Part shown: positions 9,767-19,224 of the stretch, piece by piece
How the letters are laid out: the number at the start of each line of letters is the position of its first letter
Position numbering within the stretch: position 1 is the stretch's first letter
Origin: Acidobacteriota bacterium
GTDB taxonomy: Bacteria; Acidobacteriota; Vicinamibacteria; Fen-336
Direction: 5' to 3'
NCBI GenBank assembly: GCA_031369785.1
Contig: JANMPI010000236.1
Location: 1-38,749 of the forward strand
Length of the DNA: 38,749 nucleotides
Position numbers and translations under genes: made by a program
The notes under the pieces: model-generated
What the model saw: only the letters and a program-made list of their open reading frames with translations
Database searches by the model: none
What the model was told of the DNA's origin: nothing

Positions 9767-12319
9767 TCAGAAGATGCCGCTGACGATCCAGCGGCCAGTG
9801 TCCTCGGGATAGTTGTTCTTCGTCGCATCGAGGATGCGCGCCGCGCCGGAAATCGCATTCGCGGCTCCGCACGCCGCGGTGTCGCCGCGGGGCCGGCGGG
9901 CGTCGACGACGAAGAACAGCGGGTCGTGCGCCATCCCGGTGCGGTACACCGCGCGCAGCGCGACGGAGCGGCCCGCGGGGGCCGGGCCGAAGAGGACGTA
10001 GGTGCCGTACGGCTTCTCGCCACGGATGCCTTCGAAGGCATGACAGAGGCGATACCCGCCCCCTTCGACGTCGTAGCTCCAGGTCGCGCCGAGCGGAAAG
10101 CGGAGTACGGCGCGACCGTCGACCGAGAGGTCCGCCTCTCCGCGCGTGCCCGACCACGCCGCCCAGGTGAAAGCGGCCGGAGAAGCCGGCGCAGCCGCGG
10201 TTTCCCATTCCGCCCAGCCCTCGTTCTGCGCGAGGGTCACCAGCCGGACGCGATGGACGCCGCGCAGCGCGTGCTTCCGTCCGGACGCGTCGATGCGCGC
10301 GCTGCGCGTGGCGACGCTCCCGACCGGCTCGCGCACCGCGAGCCGGTAATCGCCGTCGTATTCCAGCTTCAAGGGCACGTACCGCGGCCAGTCGCCGAAC
10401 GACGGCCCCTCGTAGACGCGGGCCTGGTCCGCGAAGCGGTCCCCGCCGAGCGTCGCCTCGCGGTCGAAGGGAAGCCGGAGCGTGATCACGAGCGGCGTCG
10501 CGGCGTCGCGGGGGAGGAGCGTGGGATCGAGGGCGATCGCCCACCATTGCGGGTACGCGCGCCGGTCGCGGCGCGCCGTCGTCGTCGATTCGCGCAGCTT
10601 CGGCATCGTCGGGACGAGCGCCGCGCCGCCGTACTCATGCCCGCCGATGGCGACGATGGCGCCGTGGAGATCACCCGCGGGAACCTCGAGGTCGAAGCAC
10701 ACGAAGGCCTGGGTCGCGGCCCGGAGGCGGCCCAGCGCCTCCGGGGTGAGGGTGATCTCCTGCTCGACGCCCGCTCCGCCGGGAAGCGCCGTGCGCACTT
10801 CGTGCCAGCGCCGGTCCCGCACCGCGTGGGCGGTGAGGAGCACGGCCAGCACCGCGAACGCGACGCGAACGAGCCGGCGCGCCGCCACGGCGCGCGACCA
10901 TGACGCGGCCAGCGCGAAAGGAAGGGCCGCGAAGGCGAGGACGGACGCGATCCGCATCAGGTGCGCGGCGCGCGGGAGGACGTCCGCCGCGAGCCACGCC
11001 GTCATTGCCAGTGCCGCCGCGCCCGCGGCGAGGGCGAAGGCCCACCGCGGTAAAGGCGCGGCCCGGGCGCGCGCGAGCATCCATCCCAGGAGGCCTCCGG
11101 CGGACGCGATCAGGATCAGGAGCGCGGGTTGCGCGTAGCGCGGCCAGGGAAATGCGAGGCCGTGCAGCACGGTGAGCGCGATCGGGATCAGGAACGCTCC
11201 CGCGCGGGACGGGCGCAAGGCGGTGAAGAGCGCGATGCCGGCCAGCGCGAGCACGAGGAGCGCGCGATGCGCCACGACCTGCGCGGGGTACGGCCAGGGA
11301 TAGTCCCATTTGTAATCGTTGGGCGGCCGGTCGTGGAGGCGATAGGCGTTGTCGAGGACGAGGAGCGCGGAGTCGACGGGGCGAGCGGCGACGTAGCGGG
11401 CGGTGAACGCGAGCTGCCGGCGGCGATTGCGCAGGAGGTCGGGATCGCCGGCGGCGGCGGCTTCGAGCGCCCGGTAATAAGGCTCCGTCTTCAATCGGTA
11501 GGGACCGATCCAGCCGTCGGTCTCGAGGAATTGCCAGAAGCCGTACGGGTACCGCTGCCGGAACGTGAAATTGCCGAGCTGATCGACGGCGTCGAGGTTG
11601 CCGGCCACCGCGCGTTGGATCGCCATCCAGCCGCAAATGACGGGCAGCGCGCCGAGGACGAGCGCGGCCACCATCCTCCGCGCGCCCGGAACCCGCCACC
11701 ACCCCGGCGCCGAGGCCACGATGGCCACCGCGGCCAGGACGGGGATGAACTCGAGGAGCTGCGACCGCACGAAGAGGCCAGCGGACAACGTGAAGCCGGC
11801 GGCGGCGAACCAGCGCGCGCGCCACCGGTCGAGTCCAAAGACGTACAGCCACCCGGCCCACACGAAGAGGCACCCGGTCACGGGATCCGGGTAGAGGCGT
11901 CCCGTCTGCACGGAGAAGCTCGGATGAAGTCCGGCCAGGACGAGAGCCGCGATCCCGCCCGCGAAGTTGCCGCCGAGCCGGCGGGCGAGGAGAAAGGCGC
12001 CGAGCATCCCGACCGTGTTCACCGCCGCCATCACCACCCGGAAGGCGGCCAGATCGCCCGGCCGCGCCGCCTCCAGCCCCGCGAAGATGGTGCCCACCCC
12101 GAGGAGCGGCAGGAGGAGGCGCATCGGCGCGAACGCCGCGGCAAAAGGAACGCCCGACCGCCATGCGTCCAGGCATTCGAGGAGCTTCTGGCCGACGGTC
12201 AGGTAGCCGGCGGGATCGCCGAAGAGGATGGGCTGCGGATAGGTGCTAAGGAAGTGGTACTGGACGGCAAAGGCGGCGGCGAGGAGCGCCACGACGACGG
12301 CCGCGCGCGTGCGGGTCAC
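9767..12319 (-). CDS. Large polytopic membrane protein, GT-C/ArnT-PMT-like glycosyltransferase with a C-terminal extracytoplasmic domain
   Basis: 850-aa ORF. TM1 is followed by an acidic loop (LFGDPAGY) and many TM helices, with LFVRSQL and FPWPRYAQP motifs, then a soluble C-terminal region. Confidence 0.62.
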   Translation of the reverse strand: MTRTRAAVVVALLAAAFAVQYHFLSTYPQPILFGDPAGYLTVGQKLLECLDAWRSGVPFAAAFAPMRLLLPLLGVGTIFAGLEAARPGDLAAFRVVMAAVNTVGMLGAFLLARRLGGNFAGGIAALVLAGLHPSFSVQTGRLYPDPVTGCLFVWAGWLYVFGLDRWRARWFAAAGFTLSAGLFVRSQLLEFIPVLAAVAIVASAPGWWRVPGARRMVAALVLGALPVICGWMAIQRAVAGNLDAVDQLGNFTFRQRYPYGFWQFLETDGWIGPYRLKTEPYYRALEAAAAGDPDLLRNRRRQLAFTARYVAARPVDSALLVLDNAYRLHDRPPNDYKWDYPWPYPAQVVAHRALLVLALAGIALFTALRPSRAGAFLIPIALTVLHGLAFPWPRYAQPALLILIASAGGLLGWMLARARAAPLPRWAFALAAGAAALAMTAWLAADVLPRAAHLMRIASVLAFAALPFALAASWSRAVAARRLVRVAFAVLAVLLTAHAVRDRRWHEVRTALPGGAGVEQEITLTPEALGRLRAATQAFVCFDLEVPAGDLHGAIVAIGGHEYGGAALVPTMPKLRESTTTARRDRRAYPQWWAIALDPTLLPRDAATPLVITLRLPFDREATLGGDRFADQARVYEGPSFGDWPRYVPLKLEYDGDYRLAVREPVGSVATRSARIDASGRKHALRGVHRVRLVTLAQNEGWAEWETAAAPASPAAFTWAAWSGTRGEADLSVDGRAVLRFPLGATWSYDVEGGGYRLCHAFEGIRGEKPYGTYVLFGPAPAGRSVALRAVYRTGMAHDPLFFVVDARRPRGDTAACGAANAISGAARILDATKNNYPEDTGRWIVSGIF

Positions 12320-12356
12320 CGCGGGAGCGGTTCGGCCCGCACGCGACGCGTCCGTG

Positions 12357-12950
12357 TTACCGGGACGGGGAGCCCTTGATGTCCGCCGTCCAGCTCTCGC
12401 CGCCCCACGTGAGCGTGATCGCCGAGCGGGCGCCCTTCGCCGGTTGCAGGCCGATCAGGAACCGGTCCATCGCCTCCGCGGCCGCGGCCTTGCGCAGCGG
12501 GACGCGGATGACTTCCTTGTCCTTGATCTTGTCGTAGCCGTCGAGCCGGGGCCAGAGCGCATCCGCCACCGCGGCCGGCGCGGCCGGGTAGATGAGCTTC
12601 AGCGCGATCCCGGGGTCGGAGTTGAGGACGAGCGAGTACGGTCCGGTCGCCGGCGCGTGGAGGTACACCGTGTACTTGCCCGCGCGCACCGTCTTGCCGC
12701 CGACCGTGATGTCGCCCTCGGTGGTGAGCGTCGTCGCCTGGTCCATCCCGGCGCGCCAGATGCGATCGGCGGGAAGCTGGGTGAGCAGGTCGGCCATTTT
12801 GCGCCCGGCGAGCGCGGGGCGGCCGTACTCGACGGTCACCTTCTTGCCGCCGACCATCGCCGTCGCCGTCTCGCGCGGCGCGGGCGCCTGCGCCGAGGCG
12901 TAGGTCGCCGCCGCCAGGACCGCCGCCGTCAATGCCAATCGAATCGTCAT
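12357..12950 (-). CDS. DUF2911 domain secreted protein
   Basis: Signal peptide, VTVEYGRPAL.GR, IWRAG.DQATT and VRAGKYTVY. GGAGG RBS upstream. Confidence 0.85.
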   Translation of the reverse strand: MTIRLALTAAVLAAATYASAQAPAPRETATAMVGGKKVTVEYGRPALAGRKMADLLTQLPADRIWRAGMDQATTLTTEGDITVGGKTVRAGKYTVYLHAPATGPYSLVLNSDPGIALKLIYPAAPAAVADALWPRLDGYDKIKDKEVIRVPLRKAAAAEAMDRFLIGLQPAKGARSAITLTWGGESWTADIKGSPSR

Positions 12951-12974
12951 CAATTCCTCCTCAAAGCCCCCGGC

Positions 12975-14456
12975 TCACCGGCCCTCCTCGAGGGCCTTCT
13001 TCAAGAGCGCGTTCACGAGCTGCGGATTCGCCTTGCCGCCCGTATTCTTCATCACCTGTCCGACGAACCAGCCGAGCGTTCCCGTCTTGCCGCCGCGATA
13101 GGTCGCGACCTGGACCGGGTTGCCCGCGATCACCGCGTCGATCGCGGCCTGGATCGTGGACTCGTCCGACACCTGGCCGAGCCCCTCGCGCTCGACGATG
13201 GCGGCGGCGCCCTCACCCGACGCCCACATCTTCTGGAACACGTCGCGGCCCGTCGTGCCGCTGATGGCGCCGGCGTCGATCATACGCACGAGATCGGCGA
13301 GGGCGGAGGGCGCGATCGGGCAGGACGCGAGCGGGCGGTCGTCCTCCTTCAGCTTGCGCAGCACCGCCGTCATCACCCAGTTGGACGCCGCCTTGGGGCT
13401 TCCGCTGCCCCGCGCCACCGCCTCGTAATAATCGGCGACCTCCGGGGACAGGGTGAGCACGCCGGCATCGTAGTCGGGGATGCGGTACTCGGACGCGAAC
13501 CGCCGCCGCTTCTGCGCCGGCAGCTCCGGCATCGCCGCCCGCACCTGCTCCATCCAGGCCGCGTCCACCACGAGCGGCGGCAGGTCGGGCTCCGGGAAGT
13601 AGCGGTAGTCGTGCGCCTCTTCCTTGGAGCGCATCGACACCGTCTCGCCGCGGTCGGCGTTCCAGAGGCGCGTCTCCTGCACGATGCGGTTGCCGGCATC
13701 GATGAGCGCGGCCTGGCGGACGACCTCGTGCTCGATGGCGCGGGCCACGTTGCGGAACGAGTTCAGGTTCTTGATCTCGGCGCGCGTCCCGAACGGCTCC
13801 GTGCCGCGGGGGCGGATGGAGACATTGGCGTCGCAGCGCAGCGATCCCTCTTCCATGTTGCAGTCGGAAATCCCGGCGTAGAGGAGCACCGCCTTCAGCG
13901 CCGTGAGGTAGTCGTAGGCCTCCTCGGGCGTGCGCAGGTCGGGGCGGGACACGATCTCGATCAGGGGAACGCCGCTGCGGTTGAAGTCGACGCCGCTCTT
14001 CTCCGCCGACCACGCGTGCCCCTCGTGAAGCAGCTTGCCCGCGTCCTCCTCCATGTGGATGCGCTCGAGGCGGACGGTGCGGAAGCCGTCCCCGGAGGGG
14101 ATTTCGATGCCGCCGTCGGTGGCGATCGGCTGGTCGTACTGCGAGATCTGGTATCCCTTGGGGAGGTCGGGATAGAAATAGTTCTTGCGGGAGAAGACCG
14201 ACGTCGCATGCACGGTGCAGCCGGTGGCGAGCGCGGCGCGGATCGCGAGCGTCACCGCGTGTCGGGAGAGGACCGGGAGCGCGCCGGGCAGGCCGAGGCA
14301 CACGGGGCAGACGTTGGTATTGGGCGCGTCGCCGAAGCGATTGCGGCACCCGCAGAAGATCTTGGTCGCGGTCAGCAGCTGGACATGGACCTCGAGGCCG
14401 ATGACCGGCTCGAATCGCGCGAGCACGCCCTCGCGGGCGGCGGTTGCCGTAGCCAT
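12975..14456 (-). CDS. gatB: Asp-tRNA(Asn)/Glu-tRNA(Gln) amidotransferase subunit B
   Basis: VIGLEVHVQL, CPVCLGLPGALP, RKNYFYPDLPKGYQISQY, HMEEDAGK, LRCDANVS, EIKNLNSF, YRYFPEPDL, GQVMK...GKANP. Confidence 0.98.
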   Translation of the reverse strand: MATATAAREGVLARFEPVIGLEVHVQLLTATKIFCGCRNRFGDAPNTNVCPVCLGLPGALPVLSRHAVTLAIRAALATGCTVHATSVFSRKNYFYPDLPKGYQISQYDQPIATDGGIEIPSGDGFRTVRLERIHMEEDAGKLLHEGHAWSAEKSGVDFNRSGVPLIEIVSRPDLRTPEEAYDYLTALKAVLLYAGISDCNMEEGSLRCDANVSIRPRGTEPFGTRAEIKNLNSFRNVARAIEHEVVRQAALIDAGNRIVQETRLWNADRGETVSMRSKEEAHDYRYFPEPDLPPLVVDAAWMEQVRAAMPELPAQKRRRFASEYRIPDYDAGVLTLSPEVADYYEAVARGSGSPKAASNWVMTAVLRKLKEDDRPLASCPIAPSALADLVRMIDAGAISGTTGRDVFQKMWASGEGAAAIVEREGLGQVSDESTIQAAIDAVIAGNPVQVATYRGGKTGTLGWFVGQVMKNTGGKANPQLVNALLKKALEEGR

Positions 14457-14480
14457 GGACCGCCGATTATAAAGGAAGCG

Positions 14481-14714
14481 ATGAACGCGCGACGCGGGCC
14501 CGCTCCCGCCTCCTTCCAGGACCTGCAGGCGTCGGTCCTGTTCTGCGCACGGTGCCGCGCGGCCCGTCCGGTCCGCGAGCGGCTGCTGCTCGTCCTTCCC
14601 GACGGCGAGCTGAACGAGTATCTTTGTGGGGACTGCGGCGCCTCGGTCGGCACGCGCAAGGTGACCGCCGCGCCCGTCGTCGTCGCCCGCTCACGGGCCG
14701 ATGAGACTCCATGA
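14481..14714 (+). CDS. Small zinc-ribbon protein (77 aa)
   Basis: This is the tail of the long 12243 ORF from ATG 14481, with AAGGA upstream. It has two CxxC pairs (FCARC, YLCGDCG) and an ATGA overlap with the next gene. Confidence 0.75.
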   Translation: MNARRGPAPASFQDLQASVLFCARCRAARPVRERLLLVLPDGELNEYLCGDCGASVGTRKVTAAPVVVARSRADETP

Positions 14715-15142
14715 TCGCGATGATGATGACGGTTGCCTGCCTGGCCGCCGCGCCGGCGGCGGCGGACGCCAAGGTCGCCCGATACGGGAAGCCCCTCGAG
14801 GGTTTGAAGCCGACGTCCGTGGCATCCGTCCTCGCCTCGGCGAAGGACGGCGACATCGTTCGCCTCGAAGGCAAGGCCGACGAAGTGTGCAAGGCGATGG
14901 GATGCTGGGTGACGGTGAAGCAGGGCGACGCGAGCGTGCACGTCACCTTCGAGGACGCGGGCTTCACGATCCCGAAGAACTCGGCGGGCAAGCAGGTCGT
15001 GATCGAAGGCAAGGTTCGCGTGAAGCAGCCCGACCCGGCCGAAGTCGCGCACAAGCAGGGCGAAGGCGCGGGCGCGGCCGCGGCGGCCAAGGTATCCGTC
15101 GAGGCCTACGGGGCCGAGCTCCGGACCGCGCCGTCGCGTTAG
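14711..15142 (+). CDS. DUF4920-like secreted OB-fold protein
   Basis: Signal peptide, VRLEGKADEVCKAMGCWV, VTFEDAGFTIPK and GKQVVIEG. Confidence 0.8.
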   Translation: MIAMMMTVACLAAAPAAADAKVARYGKPLEGLKPTSVASVLASAKDGDIVRLEGKADEVCKAMGCWVTVKQGDASVHVTFEDAGFTIPKNSAGKQVVIEGKVRVKQPDPAEVAHKQGEGAGAAAAAKVSVEAYGAELRTAPSR

Positions 15143-15149
15143 ACCCGGG

Positions 15150-15539
15150 TCAGGCGACGGGCGGGTAGCTCATCGCGCCGCCGCCGAACGACCAGTTCTC
15201 GCGCGGGACTTCGACGAGGTTCACCAGGACGTCGTCCGGCCGCAGTCCCACCGCCGTGGCCAGGCCCTGTGCGATGGCGGCATAGAGGGCCTTCTTCACC
15301 TCGACCGTCCGCCCGGCGTTGAGCGTGATCTCGATGAAGACGACCTGCGGGCTGCGCGACTGGCCGAGGTAGCCCGCGTTCCAGATCAGGGCGTCCGCCG
15401 GCACCTCCTGCACGACCTGGAAACGATCGTCGGGGGGAACGTTCGCGGCGCCGACGAGCGCGCCCTGGACCGCGTCCGCGATGAGGCGCCGCTCCGCCGC
15501 GGGGCGGCCGGCGGCGAGAGTGATGCGGACCAGTGGCAT
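15150..15539 (-). CDS. Tautomerase superfamily protein (MSAD/YusQ-like)
   Basis: N-terminal Met-Pro (catalytic Pro1), DRFQV, GRTVEVKKALY and ENWSFGGG. Confidence 0.9.
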   Translation of the reverse strand: MPLVRITLAAGRPAAERRLIADAVQGALVGAANVPPDDRFQVVQEVPADALIWNAGYLGQSRSPQVVFIEITLNAGRTVEVKKALYAAIAQGLATAVGLRPDDVLVNLVEVPRENWSFGGGAMSYPPVA

Positions 15540-15550
15540 TCTTCGCTCCT

Positions 15551-15580
15551 TCCGAGGCGGGTAGAATACGCCGCCTCGGA
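15551..15580. promoter_or_regulatory. 10-bp perfect inverted repeat enclosing overlapping divergent -10 elements
   Basis: TCCGAGGCGG-gtagaatacg-CCGCCTCGGA. TAGAAT on + at 15562-67 and TATTCT on - at 15568-63. Confidence 0.6.
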
Positions 15581-15586
15581 GGACGG

Positions 15587-16096
15587 ATGCTCGACAAGGA
15601 CGCGCTGGCGCGGCTCATCGACTACACGATCTGGGCGAACCATCGGGTGATGCGCGCCTGCGCGACGATCTCGCCCGCCGACTTCGTCCGCGAGCTGGCC
15701 GCGAGCCACGGCAGCCTGCGCGGCACGCTCGCCCACATGATGTGGGCGGAGTGGATCTGGCTCGAGCGCTGGAAGGGGGTCTCGCCGCCGGGGCCGCCCG
15801 ACGAGTCCGAGCTCGCGCACGTGATCGCGCTCCGTGATCGCTGGAAGGTGATCGAGGATCACCGGCGCGCGTGGCTCGACGCCCTTCCCGCGTCCGCCCC
15901 CATGGCGCCCGTCGCGTACAGGACCATGGCCGGCGCCGCCCACACCCAGCCCCTGTGGCAGCTCGTGCAGCACGTCGCCAATCACTCGACCTATCACCGC
16001 GGCCAGGTCACGAGCCTGCTGCGCCAGGTCGGAGGCCGCACCGTGCCGACGGACATGATGCTCTTCGACCGGGAGGCGGCGGCAAAAGCTACGTAA
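15587..16096 (+). CDS. DinB/YfiT family protein
   Basis: YTIWANHR, SLRGTLAHM, QHVANHSTYHRGQV. GGAGG RBS before ATG 15587. Confidence 0.9.
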   Translation: MLDKDALARLIDYTIWANHRVMRACATISPADFVRELAASHGSLRGTLAHMMWAEWIWLERWKGVSPPGPPDESELAHVIALRDRWKVIEDHRRAWLDALPASAPMAPVAYRTMAGAAHTQPLWQLVQHVANHSTYHRGQVTSLLRQVGGRTVPTDMMLFDREAAAKAT

Positions 16097-16113
16097 AGAG
16101 CTACAAACGAGCC

Positions 16114-17409
16114 CTAGTCCCTGCGCAGGATCTTGCCGTTGCGCATCACGAACTGGACGCGCTCCGTCGCGTGGATGTCGGCCAGCGGGTCGCCGGCCAC
16201 GGCCACGATGTCCGCCTCCTTGCCGGCCTCCAGCGTGCCGACGTCGGCCTCGATTCCCAGCAGCGTGGCCGCGGACTGGGTCCCCGCGCGGAGCGCCGCC
16301 GCCGGCGTCATCCCGTGATCGACCAGCAAGCCGAACTCCTCCGCGTTCCGCCCATGGGCGCTCACGCCGGAGTCGGTGCCGAACGCGATCTTGACCCCGG
16401 CCTGGATCGCCTTGCGGAGGGCGGTACCGTGGGCGGCCGCGGCGGCGCGGGCCTTGGCCGCGATCTCCGGCGGGTATGACCGCGTGGGCGACGTCACGTA
16501 CTTGACCGCCATCGCGGTGGGGACGAAGTACGTCCCGCGCTCCTTCATCATCCGGACCGCCTCGTCGTCGAGGAACGAGCCGTGCTCGATGGAGTCGATG
16601 CCGGCGCGGATCGCGACCTTCGCGCCCTCGGCGCCGTGGGCGTGGGCGGCGGTGCGGCGCCGCAGCCGGTGCGCTTCGTCGACGAGCGCGTCCATCTCCG
16701 CCTGGGTGAGCTGCGGCGTGTCCACGGCGTCGGAGAGCGAGAGAACGCCGCCGGTGGCGCACACCTTGATGACGTCGGCGCCGTACTTCACCTGGAAGCG
16801 CACGGCGTCGCGGAAGCCATCCGCCCCCGAGGCAATGCCCTCCGCCATCCCGGGCTCCTTGCCGAACAGCAGGTACGGGAAGCCGGTGTTGTCGCAGTGA
16901 CCGCCGCGCGCGCCGAGCGCATTCGCCGCCACCAGCATCCGCGGCCCGGGCACGATGCCTTCCGCGATGGCGTTGCGCAGCCCGACGTCCACGAAATCGC
17001 CGGAGCCCACGTCACGCACGGTGGTGAAGCCGGCCATCACCGTCCGCCGCGCGAACCCGGTGGCGCGGATGGCCGTCTCCGCCACCGCGCGCCGCAGGCC
17101 CGCCATCGTGTCCTGGAGCCAGTTCTCGGTGGATTCCCCGGTCAGGTGCGTGTGGGCGTCGATGAACCCCGGCAGCAGGGTGACGTCGCCGAGGTCGATC
17201 ACCTCCGCGCCGGCGGGCGCCGCGAGGCCGCTGCCCACGGACTGGATCCTGCCGTCCGCGACGACGATCACCGCATTCCGGATGACGGTGTCGCCGCGGC
17301 CGTCGAAGAGCCGCGCGGCCTTGAGGACGGTCGTCCGCGCGGGCGGATCCGCAGCCTGGGCGCCGGCCGCCACTGCCGTCACGTACAACGCAATGAAAGC
17401 CGCTCTCAT
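16114..17409 (-). CDS. Secreted metal-dependent amidohydrolase (Xaa-Pro dipeptidase/imidazolonepropionase-like)
   Basis: Signal peptide, LLPGFIDAHTH, ADVIKVCATGG, AAHAHG, SIEHG, IAFGTD, GKEADIV. GAGGAGG RBS before ATG 17409. Confidence 0.92.
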   Translation of the reverse strand: MRAAFIALYVTAVAAGAQAADPPARTTVLKAARLFDGRGDTVIRNAVIVVADGRIQSVGSGLAAPAGAEVIDLGDVTLLPGFIDAHTHLTGESTENWLQDTMAGLRRAVAETAIRATGFARRTVMAGFTTVRDVGSGDFVDVGLRNAIAEGIVPGPRMLVAANALGARGGHCDNTGFPYLLFGKEPGMAEGIASGADGFRDAVRFQVKYGADVIKVCATGGVLSLSDAVDTPQLTQAEMDALVDEAHRLRRRTAAHAHGAEGAKVAIRAGIDSIEHGSFLDDEAVRMMKERGTYFVPTAMAVKYVTSPTRSYPPEIAAKARAAAAAHGTALRKAIQAGVKIAFGTDSGVSAHGRNAEEFGLLVDHGMTPAAALRAGTQSAATLLGIEADVGTLEAGKEADIVAVAGDPLADIHATERVQFVMRNGKILRRD

Positions 17410-17486
17410 CGCCGTCCTCCTCGCCGCCATCGTATGCGAAGAGTCGCGCGCTTTGCTTCCGCGGCCAGATGTGATTTCGTCTCGCG

Positions 17487-18506
<1,020 letters not shown>

Positions 18507-18564
18507 ACGCTAAACGGTACTACCGCCTGTAGTTCGTGCAATTCGTGGTAGCGTTCCCGGGCAA

Positions 18565-19224
18565 ATGGACGAGCGTAGGCGGGAGGCCCGGTTCGACGTC
18601 GAGACCGGCCACGGGACGATGCTTTCGACCTCTCCCGTCGAGATCATCAACATCAGCCTGGGCGGCCTCGCCTTCCGGACCGAGACCCGTCTCCTCGTCG
18701 GCGAGGAGTACACCTTGACCCTCGATGTCGCGGGCAAATCGGTGGCGATGCGCGGCGTCGTCTCGTGGTCGGTGCTCGGCGGGCTCGAGTCCCGGGGTGG
18801 CGAGACCATTCCCATCTACTCAATCGGGATGAAGTTCCACGGCGCGTTCACGGAGGGCGGCGAAAACGTCCTGGTCGCGGGCGCCGATCCGGTGGCGGTG
18901 GAGCAGCGGCTGGCCGGCGTCCGCTTCCACCTCGACGGACAGGCTTCGATCGCGCACCCGTTGCGGTACGAGGTGCGGATCATCAGCATGCACGGAATGC
19001 TCATCGAGATCGACCATCCGATGAAGGTCGACGAGGTCCTGCCCCTCGAGGTCTCGCTCGAGGAGGAGCCGCCGATCCGTTGCCGCGGCCGGGTGGCGTC
19101 GTGCCAGGAGCGACTCCAGAGCCACCCCAAGCACTACGACGTCGGCTTCGAGTTCCAGCAGATGCCCATCGAGGACAGCGCCCGCCTCGCCCGCGTGGTG
19201 AGAGCCCTCTCCAAAAAGGGTTGA
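18565..19224 (+). CDS. Tandem PilZ domain protein
   Basis: The first domain has RxxxR (ERRREARF) and NISLGG, ending YSIGMKF. The second domain is degenerate (QRLAGVRF, IISMHG, VGFEF). Confidence 0.8.
   Translation: MDERRREARFDVETGHGTMLSTSPVEIINISLGGLAFRTETRLLVGEEYTLTLDVAGKSVAMRGVVSWSVLGGLESRGGETIPIYSIGMKFHGAFTEGGENVLVAGADPVAVEQRLAGVRFHLDGQASIAHPLRYEVRIISMHGMLIEIDHPMKVDEVLPLEVSLEEEPPIRCRGRVASCQERLQSHPKHYDVGFEFQQMPIEDSARLARVVRALSKKG

Noticed and set aside
12243-14480. 823-aa plus-strand ORF (12243..14714)
   Set aside because: It is the antisense shadow of gatB and the DUF2911 gene. Only the last 77 codons, from ATG 14481, look like a real protein.
18765-19220. N-terminal extension of the 630-aa GlpD ORF; likewise the extensions of ORFs starting at 6084, 20168, 27646 and 28578
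   Set aside because: These extensions overlap upstream genes in another frame. Family similarity begins at the later starts used in the feature list.
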